64,000 nt of DNA from an uncultured Planctomycetia bacterium. GTDB lineage: Bacteria; Omnitrophota; Gorgyraeia; Pluralincolimonadales; Pluralincolimonadaceae. The notes under the pieces were generated by a model. It saw only the letters and a list, made by a program, of their open reading frames with translations. It had not been told where the DNA came from and made no database searches. The DNA lies in assembly GCA_964650515.1 (NCBI GenBank), contig CAZYUB010000012.1:1944-65943 (forward strand). Reading direction: 5' to 3'. Below, piece after piece: positions 28,549 to 39,100 of the stretch. Numbering within the stretch: position 1 is the stretch's first letter; the number at the start of each line of letters is the position of its first letter. Both the position numbers and the translations under genes were made by a program.

Positions 28549-29421
28549 ATGAAAAGATACCTTATCATGGTGATCATTGCAGCGGCTTTCGGCATGTTTA
28601 TAGCGCCCGCGGCATTCGTGCCGCAAGCATTCGCGGCGAAAGAGGCCGTAAGGACGGCTAAGGTGTTTCTCGTTCAAGGGGACGTAAAGGTCCAGAAGTC
28701 GGGCAAGACCGCATGGGACCAGGCAAAGCCGGGGCTCGTGCTTGCCGACGGGGACACTATCAAGACATCGAAATCCTCGGCGATCGAGATATCTTTCGAC
28801 AAGGACAATAAGAACCTTGTCCGGCTCGAGGAGAACTCGACAGCGATATTGCGCGGTAAGGCGCTTAACAGGATAGAGTTGCCCGAAGGCAGGATACGCT
28901 CCCTCGTCAAGAACCTCAAGAAAGAGTCGTCTTTCGATATCAAGACGCCTACGGTGGTCGCCGGCGCGCGGGGCAGCGGATGGGACGTGATCGCCTCGGG
29001 CAAAAGGGATAACGTAAAGGCCTTCGAGGATGAGATATTCGTCCAGTCCTACGACCAGCAGGGAAAGCTCATAAAGGAGATATTCGTAAGGGAGGGCTGG
29101 GAAGTCCTCATCGACAGGTTCCAGTCGCCGGGCGAACTCGTAGAGCTGACCGACAAGGACAGGAACGACTGGAATTCATGGCGCGATGACCTCGGCGGGC
29201 GCCTCGGCGCCGTAGGCGGCGGAGGCAATGACAGGCCAGCCCAGTTCAATAATATCCAGAACCTGCAGGACAAGATGGACCAGCAGGAGAGTTTCAAGGA
29301 GCAGGTCTTCGAGACGGAGGATATCAGGAAAGTCGAGGACAGGGTCGAGGACAGCAACAGGATGGAAGAGAAGCCGGGCGGCTGCACGCCTTATGACCCG
29401 GGGCATTACACAAGCCCGTAA
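28549..29421 (+). CDS. Secreted FecR-domain protein
   Basis: Signal peptide plus a FecR-like core (AILRGKA..FDIKTPTVVAGARGSGW). Confidence 0.6.
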   Translation: MKRYLIMVIIAAAFGMFIAPAAFVPQAFAAKEAVRTAKVFLVQGDVKVQKSGKTAWDQAKPGLVLADGDTIKTSKSSAIEISFDKDNKNLVRLEENSTAILRGKALNRIELPEGRIRSLVKNLKKESSFDIKTPTVVAGARGSGWDVIASGKRDNVKAFEDEIFVQSYDQQGKLIKEIFVREGWEVLIDRFQSPGELVELTDKDRNDWNSWRDDLGGRLGAVGGGGNDRPAQFNNIQNLQDKMDQQESFKEQVFETEDIRKVEDRVEDSNRMEEKPGGCTPYDPGHYTSP

Positions 29422-29445
29422 CGCGATAATACAGGCCGGTAAAAC

Positions 29446-30474
29446 ATGAAAAAACTCATATTCAGCTGCATCGCCGTATCCGTTCTCCTATGCAACGGGC
29501 CTTTTTCCGCCGCCGCGGACGTGAACGAAGAAGAGACGACGGAGAAGTTCATAGGCAAGGCGGAGGAGAAGGCATACAAAAAGGTCGAGACGCTACGCGA
29601 ACATAAGAGATATAAGACAAAACTGCTGTTATCCGCGTCGCAGGGCTATGATAATAACGTCTTCCTCGATCCCCAGAGGAGGCATGACACGTTCTCGGAG
29701 TTCATTATAGACGGCAGCATATCGTACCCGATGAACGGCAGGTGGGATTTCTACTTCGAAGCGTCGGCCCACGATGTCACCTACTGGGAAGCCACGCAGG
29801 CGAACCTGATCGATACAGACCTGATAATGGGTTTTGAGGGCAGGTTGCCGTGGGGCATTACGGCCAAGGCCTATAACGACATCGAGCTCATGGAATACCA
29901 GAATAACGACGACGGCGAATACGTCGGGGATAAGGCCGGGCTGCTGCTGAAACAGAAGCTCCCGAACAATTTCTTCCATTCGTTCCAATACGAGTATTTT
30001 TACAAGAACTATTCGGACAGGAAGGCCTTCAACGGCTGGGGAGGGCTGTCGGATAGCGATAGGGTCGACCACAGGAATACTGTGGATTACAGCGTGGGGT
30101 TATACATGAAGAAGGCGATGGTCAAGGCCTTCGGCGAGTACTTCCTTAACAGGTCCAACGACAGCTTCCTTGATTATTACGATTACGAGTCGATAAAGCT
30201 CGGGTCATCGGCCATATACCTGCTGACTGACAAGCTGAGCGCTTACGCGTCGTTCTATAAGCAGTACAGGCATTATTCGGGCAGGACGATACCCGACGAC
30301 GATACGACAAAAGAGAAGGACAGGGGTTGGGTTGCGGCCGCGTCCTTTTATTATGACATCACTAAGAGCGCTACACTCGGCCTTAACTACTCCTACAGGC
30401 AGAACAAGTCGAATAACCCTTCACAGAAATATTCCGGATCACTGACCTCGATGGGCTTTTATTACAGGTTTTAG
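29446..30474 (+). CDS. Putative outer-membrane beta-barrel protein
   Basis: Signal peptide, alternating aromatic/hydrophilic beta-strand pattern, C-terminal ...GFYYRF. Confidence 0.5.
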   Translation: MKKLIFSCIAVSVLLCNGPFSAAADVNEEETTEKFIGKAEEKAYKKVETLREHKRYKTKLLLSASQGYDNNVFLDPQRRHDTFSEFIIDGSISYPMNGRWDFYFEASAHDVTYWEATQANLIDTDLIMGFEGRLPWGITAKAYNDIELMEYQNNDDGEYVGDKAGLLLKQKLPNNFFHSFQYEYFYKNYSDRKAFNGWGGLSDSDRVDHRNTVDYSVGLYMKKAMVKAFGEYFLNRSNDSFLDYYDYESIKLGSSAIYLLTDKLSAYASFYKQYRHYSGRTIPDDDTTKEKDRGWVAAASFYYDITKSATLGLNYSYRQNKSNNPSQKYSGSLTSMGFYYRF

Positions 30475-30477
30475 GCC

Positions 30478-32370
30478 ATGCCAAAGGACAACGACAGCCT
30501 GCTGAAGATCCGCGCGGCTTTCGTGCTCCTGGCTGCGATACCCCTCTTCTTCTCCGTTTTCAGGACCTTCGAGACATATGAACTGCAGACGCTCGACCTC
30601 CGGTTCAACATTAGGCCTCCCGTAAAAGTCAGCCCCGATATAGTCATCATAGAGATTGCAGAGGACACGATAAAGGACCTCGGGCGTTGGCCGTTCGACC
30701 GCGCGTTCCATGCCGACCTGATAAATTTCCTCGGCCAGCTCGGGGCGAAGGCGATCGTATTCGATATACAATTCGCCGAAGAGAGCCCTTCAGACAAATA
30801 CCTGGTCGAGGAGACCAGGAACGCCCGCTGCAACGTATACTATCCTTTAGTCCTGGAATATAAGGGCGCAAGCAGGAACGGGCTCCCGTACGCGCCGAAG
30901 GTCGAAGTCCCGATAATGGGGACTCTCGCGGAGGCGGCAAAGGGCACGGGATTCATCAACGTGATACCCGACGCGGACGGCAAGGTCAGGAAGGTGCCGC
31001 TGAAGATAGAGTGCGGCGGCAGGGAATACCTCCAGCTTGCCTATATGGTGGCAAAAGATAATTACGACCTCAGGGGCAGGAAGATACCGGTTGACGATGA
31101 AGGCATGTTCCTGATCAATTATCCCGGCAAATGGGCAAAGACGTTCAAGCATTATTCCTTTTCCGATATACTCGTGTCGTTCGAGAGCAAAGTCAACGGG
31201 GAAGAGGGAAGGATCAGCTTGGACGGGTTCCACGGGAAGGTGTGTTTCGTCGGCCTGACGGAGACCGGCGGCGTTGACGCGAGGGCCAATCCCTACGAGA
31301 CGGCATATCCTATGGTTGGCGCGCACGCGAGCGTGCTGAACTCCATAATAGAGGGTAAGTACCTTGTCAGGGCAGGCAGGCCCGTGAACCTGGCGCTGCT
31401 GCTGGTCCTGTGCCTGCCGATAGCGTTCTTCGCCCACAGGGCAAAGCCGCTCTCCGCGCTCAAATTCTTCATTTCGGCCCTGGCATCGTTCATCCTTGCC
31501 GGGTTCATCCTGTTTATCGCGTTCGGCCTATGGATAGACATGTTCTATCCGGTTGCGCTCGCCGTGGCGGTCTATCTCGGCACGACGGTGTATAAATACC
31601 TTATTGAGCGCAGGAACCGGCTGCTGCTGGACAAGGAGCTCTCGATCGCGAAGAAGATACAGATGGATTTCCTGCCCCAATCGGTCCCGCAGTTCGAGGA
31701 GATAGATATGGCGGCCTCGATAGATACCGCAAAGGCGGTCGGCGGCGACCTTTATGATTTCGCCGATTTCGCGAACATAAAACTCGTCGCGCAGAAGAAG
31801 CTCGGGATTATGATCGGCGACGTATCCGGCAAGGGGGTGCCGGCCGCGCTCTTCATGGCGAGGGCCATAGCGGATTTCAGGCATTATTCCGGGAACAGCA
31901 CGAAGCCGTCGGAGGTCCTCGGCGAGCTGAACAGGCAGATAACCCTTAACTACAAGGCAGGGCTGTTCATCACGATGTTCTATATGATATTCGACGCCTC
32001 GGACCGCGGGCTCGTGTTCTCGAACGCGGGGCATCTTCCGGCAATACGGGTAAAAGCGTCCGGCGGGCTCGAACTGCTGAAGACCGAGGGGACCCCGCTC
32101 GGGCTCATAGAAGACGAAACCTATCTCGATGACGGAATAAAGCTTGAGCCGGGCGATTCGGTAGTGCTTTATACCGACGGTATTACCGAAGCGCGAAATG
32201 CCGCAAAAGAGGAATTCGGAGAAGAGCGGCTTAAAGGCGTTATATCAAAAAACCACTATGCCTCGCCGCTGCCGATGGTCAACGCGATCAAGACCGAGCT
32301 CTCCAGGTTTGTGGGCAACGAACCGCAGCATGACGACTGCACCCTGATCGTCCTCAAGGTAAAAGATTGA
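30478..32370 (+). CDS. CHASE2 sensor domain membrane protein fused to a PP2C/SpoIIE-type Ser phosphatase (RsbU-like)
   Basis: N-terminal TM, periplasmic CHASE2, 3 TM, then a PP2C domain (GGDLYDF...IGDVSGKGVPAALFMA...YTDGITEA). Confidence 0.8.
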   Translation: MPKDNDSLLKIRAAFVLLAAIPLFFSVFRTFETYELQTLDLRFNIRPPVKVSPDIVIIEIAEDTIKDLGRWPFDRAFHADLINFLGQLGAKAIVFDIQFAEESPSDKYLVEETRNARCNVYYPLVLEYKGASRNGLPYAPKVEVPIMGTLAEAAKGTGFINVIPDADGKVRKVPLKIECGGREYLQLAYMVAKDNYDLRGRKIPVDDEGMFLINYPGKWAKTFKHYSFSDILVSFESKVNGEEGRISLDGFHGKVCFVGLTETGGVDARANPYETAYPMVGAHASVLNSIIEGKYLVRAGRPVNLALLLVLCLPIAFFAHRAKPLSALKFFISALASFILAGFILFIAFGLWIDMFYPVALAVAVYLGTTVYKYLIERRNRLLLDKELSIAKKIQMDFLPQSVPQFEEIDMAASIDTAKAVGGDLYDFADFANIKLVAQKKLGIMIGDVSGKGVPAALFMARAIADFRHYSGNSTKPSEVLGELNRQITLNYKAGLFITMFYMIFDASDRGLVFSNAGHLPAIRVKASGGLELLKTEGTPLGLIEDETYLDDGIKLEPGDSVVLYTDGITEARNAAKEEFGEERLKGVISKNHYASPLPMVNAIKTELSRFVGNEPQHDDCTLIVLKVKD

Positions 32371-33875
32371 AAGCGTTTTTATCGGCGTTGCTTATAGCGG
32401 CCGCCGGCATCGCCGTATATGCCAACTCGGCCGGCGGGAAATTCCTGTGGGATGACGAGCTTCTCGTCAGCGGGAATCCGGTGATCAGGGAATGGTCAAA
32501 CGCGCCGGGGGTATTCCTTGGCAGGCAGACGGCGCCGCAGGACGCGCAGCCGTACATCTACCGCCCGCTGCAGTTCATAAGCTATATGGCCGACCACTCC
32601 GTATGGGGCCTTGACTCGCGCGGCTATCACCTGACAAATATCGCGATACATATCCTTGCCGCATTATGCGCCTGTTGGTTCGCATACCTTATCTCAAATA
32701 ACCTGCTGTTGGCTTCCATCACGGGTTTGTTGTTCGTCGTAAACCCGCTTAATACCGAGGCGGTCTCGTATATCTCGGGGCGCGCAGACCCGTTGTCGGC
32801 TTTATTTATCTTCCTCGGGATGGCCTTTTACGTGAGGTCGGAGGAGGCGGGGAAGAAGCGGTATTATTACCTGGTGCTGCTGTGCTGGATAGCGTCCGTA
32901 TTATCCCGCGAGAGCGGCCTTATATTCCCGCTGCTTCTTCTAGTGTATCACGTATCGTTCAGGAAGAAGCCGGACTGGAGATACCTCTCGCCTTTATTCG
33001 CGGCCGTCCTGCTCTATGCGGCAATAGTACCGAACGCGCGTAATATCTATTCGGCCTGCACGGCCTCGATAGCCGAACGGCTCCCGGGATTTTTCGCGTC
33101 CATAACAGGTTATATGAAGCTCCTGTTGGCCCCAGTGGGGCTGCATATGGAATACGGGAACAGGCTGTTTGCGTGGTCCGACCCGGCGGCCATGCTCGGG
33201 ATAGCAATAACCGTATCGTTAATAGCGCTTGCTTTTGCCCGCAGGAATGCCCGCGCCGATGACGGTATCTTCTGTTTCTCTGTATTATGGTTCTTCGCGG
33301 CGCTGCTTCCTTATTCCGGCATCATCCCGATGAACGCCTATATGGCCGAGCATTGGCTTTATGTGCCTGCGTTCGGGTTCTTCCTGGTTGCGGCGAAGTG
33401 GTTCAGCGCACTTATGGCGGGCAGGTTCCGCAGGATAGCGGCTCCCGCGGCCATATGCGTTGTGCTGGCTTATTCCGCGCTGACGGTAGCCCAGAACCGG
33501 TACTGGAGCGATCCGATCAGGTTCTACGAGACGACGCTGCGTTATGCGCCGGAAAGCCACCGGCTTTATTATAACCTCGGCATTCAGTACAAGGTATCCT
33601 CAAGGGTCCGCGACGCGATATCCTGCTACAGCAAGGCGATAGAGCTGGACCCGGACAACCCTTCCTATTATAACAATCGCGCGAATGCGTTCGCGCAGCA
33701 GGGGGAGTTTGGCAAGGCGATATCCGATTACACGAAAGCGATAGATCTCGATCCTCGCCATGTAAATGCCTACCTTAACAGGGCTAGGGCCTATCAGGAA
33801 TCAGGCCGGCCCGACATGGCAGCAAAAGACCTCGAAAAGGCAGAAGCCCTCATACATCCCGCCACTCAAAAATAA
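32367..33875 (+). CDS. TMTC/PMT_2-like multi-pass membrane protein with C-terminal TPR repeats (putative protein O-mannosyltransferase family)
   Basis: Hallmark FLWDDELLV...NP motif, about 10 TM, C-terminal TPRs. TTG start overlaps the upstream stop (TTGA). Confidence 0.65.
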   Translation: MKAFLSALLIAAAGIAVYANSAGGKFLWDDELLVSGNPVIREWSNAPGVFLGRQTAPQDAQPYIYRPLQFISYMADHSVWGLDSRGYHLTNIAIHILAALCACWFAYLISNNLLLASITGLLFVVNPLNTEAVSYISGRADPLSALFIFLGMAFYVRSEEAGKKRYYYLVLLCWIASVLSRESGLIFPLLLLVYHVSFRKKPDWRYLSPLFAAVLLYAAIVPNARNIYSACTASIAERLPGFFASITGYMKLLLAPVGLHMEYGNRLFAWSDPAAMLGIAITVSLIALAFARRNARADDGIFCFSVLWFFAALLPYSGIIPMNAYMAEHWLYVPAFGFFLVAAKWFSALMAGRFRRIAAPAAICVVLAYSALTVAQNRYWSDPIRFYETTLRYAPESHRLYYNLGIQYKVSSRVRDAISCYSKAIELDPDNPSYYNNRANAFAQQGEFGKAISDYTKAIDLDPRHVNAYLNRARAYQESGRPDMAAKDLEKAEALIHPATQK

Positions 33876-33949
33876 TTGAAAGAAAATCAGGGCGCTTTAC
33901 GTCTACTCCTTAGGCCGCATGGCGCGGCCGGGAAAGGAGGGGCATTCAT

Positions 33950-34216
33950 ATGCTCATATTTCACGTGAAGAGGCTGTACAGGTTCGACGGCGAGGGGCCG
34001 TTGAGGGCGATAGCGGACGTCTCCATCGGGGAGGAGTTCCTTGTCAAGGGGTTCCGCATTGTGGAGGGCAAGAACGGCATATTCGTCTCGGGCCCGCAAC
34101 AGGCGGGCAACGACGGCAAATGGTACCCGACCGCATACCCGCTCGGAGAAGAGGTCAAGAAGGAGCTGGACAGCGTAATACTTAAGGCGTTCGGCGACTC
34201 CGATAACAATGCGTAA
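33950..34216 (+). CDS. spoVG: SpoVG-family regulator
   Basis: FLVKGFRIVEGKNGIFVSGP matches the conserved SpoVG core. AAGGAGG ribosome-binding site; GGCCGC/GCGGCC hairpin upstream. Confidence 0.72.
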   Translation: MLIFHVKRLYRFDGEGPLRAIADVSIGEEFLVKGFRIVEGKNGIFVSGPQQAGNDGKWYPTAYPLGEEVKKELDSVILKAFGDSDNNA

Positions 34217-34571
34217 AAAGGAACTTGGGGACCTCGGCGAGGACCTTGCTGCGAGATATCTTACGGCGCACGGATATATCATCCTTGCGAGGAAGTACAG
34301 GTGCAGGTCCGGGGAGATCGATATCATCGCGCTCGATAAGGAAGTCCTTGTCTTCGTCGAGGTCCGTTCCCGTTCGGATGAGGAGCACGGCATGCCCTAC
34401 GAGACGGTCAACAGCAAAAAGAGGCGGCATATACGCAGGGTCGCGCTGGCATACCAGGCCAGGCACGGCCTGCTTGAGCGCGATTCGAGGTTTGATTGCG
34501 TTTCGGTGGTTTTTATAGATGAAGATAACGTAAAGAGCATAGAACTCATAAAAGATGCATTCTGGAGCTGA
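34209..34571 (+). CDS. yraN: YraN-family (UPF0102) endonuclease
   Basis: 120 aa, GEIDIIA...VFVEVRSR block. Confidence 0.72.
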   Translation: MRKKELGDLGEDLAARYLTAHGYIILARKYRCRSGEIDIIALDKEVLVFVEVRSRSDEEHGMPYETVNSKKRRHIRRVALAYQARHGLLERDSRFDCVSVVFIDEDNVKSIELIKDAFWS

Positions 34572-34573
34572 CG

Positions 34574-36106
34574 ATGCTTGCAAAAGTGGAGAGCAGGAGC
34601 GTACTCGGTATAGAGTCGAGGAAGGTCGACGTCGAGGTTGACATAGCGGGCGGGCTGCCTTCCTTTACCATAGTGGGACTTGCGGACACGGCCGTCAAGG
34701 AGAGCAGGGACAGGGTCATATCGGCGATAAAGAATTCCGGGTTCAAATTCCCTCCGAAGAGGATAACCATAAACCTCGCGCCGGCGGACCTAAGGAAAGA
34801 GGGTGCCAGCTATGACCTCGCCATCGCCCTCGGGATACTATCGGCTAACGGAGATCTCGGGCAGGGCTTGACCGAGGGCATGGTCTTTTGCGGTGAGCTT
34901 TCACTCGACGGCAGGGTAAGGCCGATAAACGGCGTGCTCCCGATCGCGATGGGGTTACCCGCCGGCGGCTGTAAGGGCCTTGTAATACCTGAAGGGAATT
35001 CCGGGGAGGCCGGCATTGTCGGAGGGCTTCCGGTATACCCGGTCGGCAGCCTCAAAGAAGCCGCGGGGTTCCTGAACGGGTCAGTAAAGGTCAGCCCGGT
35101 AAAGGCCTCCGGGCATTGCGGGGATATATCCGTTCAAAACCCCGATATCGACTTCAGCGATGTAAAGGGGCAATGGCACGTGAAGAGGGGGCTCGAGGTC
35201 GCCGCGGCGGGAGGGCACAATGTGCTTATGATCGGGCCGCCGGGTTCCGGGAAGACGATGCTCGCGCAGAGGCTTATAACGATATTGCCCGTCCTGTCGG
35301 CGGGTGAGATGCTCGAGACGACGAAGATACACAGCATATCCGGCTTGCTGAACGGCGGGAATTACCTTGTCTCGCTGAGGCCTTTCAGGATGCCGCACCA
35401 TACGGTGTCTTATGCAGGCCTCGTAGGGGGAGGGAACAGGCTCAAGCCCGGGGAGATAAGTTTGGCGCATAATGGCGTGCTGTTCCTCGATGAGCTTCCG
35501 GAATTCAGGAGGGACGCGCTTGAGGCGCTTCGCCAGCCCCTCGAAGGAGGTGAGGTCGTCATCTCGAGGGCCGAGCTAAGCCTCAAATATCCGGCGAAAT
35601 TCATGCTGGTAGCGGCGATGAACCCGTGCCCGTGCGGTTATTTTACGGACCCGAAGAAAGAATGCCATTGCACGCCGCCGGTCATACAGAGGTACCTGTC
35701 AAAAGTGTCGGGACCGCTTCTCGACAGGATAGACATACACCTCGAGGTGCCTTCGCTGAAATACAAGGAACTCTCGGGCAGGAGCCGCGGAGAAAGTTCC
35801 GAGGCCATAAGGGCAAGGGTCAATAAGGCAAGGGCGGCCCAGAAAAAGCGCTATGATGGCCTTTCGATATACTGCAACGCGCACCTGGGCTCAAAAGATA
35901 CCGAAAGGTTTTGTTGTATAGACAAGGAGGCCTCGGAGCTTCTTAAACTTGCCATCCTGGAGCTGGGTTTGAGCGCGAGGGGATACGATAAGGTCTTGAA
36001 GATAGCGAGGACGATAGCCGACCTTGCGGGTTCAGGGATGATATCAGCCGAGCACATATCGGAAGCGATAAACTACAGGAGCTTAGACAGGGATCTGGGG
36101 TTCTGA
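34574..36106 (+). CDS. comM: Mg-chelatase-like AAA+ ATPase YifB/ComM
   Basis: Lon-like N-terminus, Walker A GPPGSGKTM, and the C-terminal ChlI region. Confidence 0.9.
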   Translation: MLAKVESRSVLGIESRKVDVEVDIAGGLPSFTIVGLADTAVKESRDRVISAIKNSGFKFPPKRITINLAPADLRKEGASYDLAIALGILSANGDLGQGLTEGMVFCGELSLDGRVRPINGVLPIAMGLPAGGCKGLVIPEGNSGEAGIVGGLPVYPVGSLKEAAGFLNGSVKVSPVKASGHCGDISVQNPDIDFSDVKGQWHVKRGLEVAAAGGHNVLMIGPPGSGKTMLAQRLITILPVLSAGEMLETTKIHSISGLLNGGNYLVSLRPFRMPHHTVSYAGLVGGGNRLKPGEISLAHNGVLFLDELPEFRRDALEALRQPLEGGEVVISRAELSLKYPAKFMLVAAMNPCPCGYFTDPKKECHCTPPVIQRYLSKVSGPLLDRIDIHLEVPSLKYKELSGRSRGESSEAIRARVNKARAAQKKRYDGLSIYCNAHLGSKDTERFCCIDKEASELLKLAILELGLSARGYDKVLKIARTIADLAGSGMISAEHISEAINYRSLDRDLGF

Positions 36107-39100
36107 AGGGCGCGTGCTCCGCGACAGTCCGAGCACAGCCCTTTTTATCGCGAAGACCAGGCGTGACAGGGCCATCGCGGCCAGTATTCCCGCTAATATG
36201 ATCGATGTCAGGAAGAGGGAGTCCCTGTTATGGGAGCGCCTGAAAAGCATCAGCAGGGTCTCCGCCTCTTCGGCTTTTGATATGAGCACTTCCGGGGCAA
36301 GCCGAAGCTCCTCGAGGTCCTGTTTCGCCTTCACGGATATCTTCTCGAGGTCAGCGTAGTAACGCCTTCCGGACTTCAACCCGGCTATCTCGGCATCGAG
36401 GCGGGAAATATACCTCTTCAATGCGGCTATCCTTGCGTTATATTCGTCGTTGCCGGAATATATGGGCATGAACAATCCGATCCTCCTGACGGAGCCGTTG
36501 GCGGCCAGGTCCGCTACGATGTCCTTCAGGACAAAATTCCGCGGGTTTTTCAGCTTCTCCCTGTCGAACCATACCTGCATATTCTTGAGCAGTTTGCGGC
36601 TCATCCTTTCGGTCTCGTCGAGGTTCTCGTTGAACAGCCTCTTATACGCCATCTTTATGATATAGTTCGTCCACCACGACGACTGGGCCCTCTGGTAGTT
36701 GGTCTTCTGCCTCATGAGGAATTTCCCGTACCTGCCCGTCAGGTAGACGTTGACCGCCTCATTGAACTCGACCGCGGAATCCTTCTCGGGCTGCAGGCCG
36801 ATTATCTCTCGGTATGATGACGATACGTAATCCATATGCGATACGATATCCGCCATGACGGAAGGGGGGATGTTCTCGAAGGTCATCAACAGCGGCCACA
36901 GGAATTCAAGGGAGTCCGCGACCTTTTCGTCGTGCGACCTTATCTCGGCCATCCTTGAAGCTATAATGGCGTCGTTCTTGACTACGCGGCTGTTCGAGAG
37001 GAATTTGTGCAGGAAATCATCCGCGGACCGGGACCCTTTGAACGCTCGCGGGTTCCGGTAAATGCTCAACAGCCTGAAAGTGACGGAATCCATCTTTTCC
37101 TGCCATTTCTGCAGGTCATCGAAGGTCTTTGCGGCCATGAGGCCGCCGAGGTCATTGTCCTTTACTGACTTCAATATCCTGAAGAAGGCGCCAAGGTCTT
37201 TCTCGGGCAGGCCGAGGTCGTACGCCCTCTGCAGGTGGTACCATATGATGTTGACGATAATATCATTGTCGCTCACCTTCGGCACCGCGGCGAAACCGCT
37301 GTCCTTGAGGCCGTAGATATCCGTTATGACGCCGATGTCGTTAGCGTTCACGCCTTTTATCTTCCCGGACATCATCTCGAGCTCCTTCGGGAAATAGGCG
37401 CCGGCCGCGTATTTATAGATATCCTGTATCGGCTTCAGGTACCCGTGCCGCAGCTCATAGAACGTGAGCTTCTTCTTCATGGCGAAGACCGCCATCCATT
37501 CGGCGTTGCCCTGCTTCAGCAGCTCGAGGTCGGGATATTCCCGCGCCGCGGACCTTATAGAACGCCTCAGCTGCATCGCCCTTATGATATCCGGCTCCGT
37601 GACCGCGACCCCGAGGTTGCTAAGTATGCTTATGCCCGTCTGCAGCGTCGTATAATGCAGGACCCTGCCGTCGGTTATGCGTATGCCGGTCTTCTCCTCG
37701 ACCTCGTCCCTGATGCCGGATTCGATGCCTTCGGGTATCCTGGCAGGCCAGAACTCGTTTATCTGGGCGAGGAAAGCGGCCTTTTCAACGTCTCGGTGGT
37801 CCTTGAAGGCGAGGGAGTTAATCGCTATCTTTTCTGTTATGCCGGGCACGAAGAACGGGAGGTTCGGGTAATTCACGGGAAGCTCTTTCCAGAAATCCTT
37901 GAGCACCGACGCGAGCCTTTGCAGCTCCTCCGCGCCGAGCTCACGCCCGAAATCGAGCTTGAAATCCTCCCTGAGCCGGGCGAGGGTCATATAGGCGTTG
38001 AACCTCTTTATGGCCGGTGCCTCATTCTCGACGGTGTCCACGATGACCCTCAGCACGCGCCCGCCGTCTTTTTCGGTCCTCGGGTCGCGGCTCAGTTTTC
38101 GTTTGAGTATCTGTAGACGGAACGCGTTCTCGTATTCGAAGCCGGCGGGGAGGGGGAGGTCCTCGTTGAACCAGCCGTTTATCGCGGCGAATACCGGCGA
38201 GTAGTATTTGAAGTAGCCGCCGATCCCGTCCCAGCCCATGGACGCCCTGTTCTTTTCATATTCGAGCATCAGGTAGCCGCTTATGTTCCACCATGGTATC
38301 CTGCCGTATCCCGATGACATTCCAGCGCCGTAGAATTCCATGAATTCGGAAGCGAGGGCTTTCGGGCCGGCTTTTATGGAGTTCGCCTCAGCCTCGATAA
38401 CGAGTTTTGCGAGGAATTCGTAGGCGATGTCGAGCTTCATCTTTTCAGGGGTCTGGTCCGCGAGTATGCGGACCTGGCTTTCGGCATATCCCATATCGCG
38501 GTAAGTGGCCTCTACAACGCCCGATACGAACCCGGCCGGAAGCTCGAGTTTTTGTTTGTGCCAGGCCTCAGACATCCTGAATTCGTCATCGAAATAATCG
38601 AACAGCTCGGCTATGCCGCTGAAACCGGCCTTGTAATATATCAGCGTAAGGTAGCCGCTCTTTTCCCACCACGGCTTCTCGCTCATTCCCGAGGAGACGC
38701 CCGTCTCGTATATCTGCATGAACTTCGAGGCGAACTCGGCCGGGTCTACATCTATGCGGTTTGCCTTCGCCTCAAGCATGAGGGAGGAGAGCCAGATGTA
38801 GCCGGTCATCTCTTTTCCCGCTTCCGATTGTTTCTCGATGCGCTTTTCAATCCTCGAGATAATGCCCGCGTTCTCGCGGGGGGAGAGGCGGGGGTCCTCG
38901 AATATGCCCTTTTGCCTGAGCTCGTTGTTGAACATTATCTCGTTTATGATCTTCTCGTCCAGGATTACGCCCTGCTTCTTCAGCCCGTCGGCCTCCTCAA
39001 GCTGTGGGCCGAGGTAATCCATGTAATCGTCCATGTTCCAGCCGTATCTTTCGGCCATGACGTAATAGGACACCGCGAGGTATTCGCCGATGCCTTTGGC

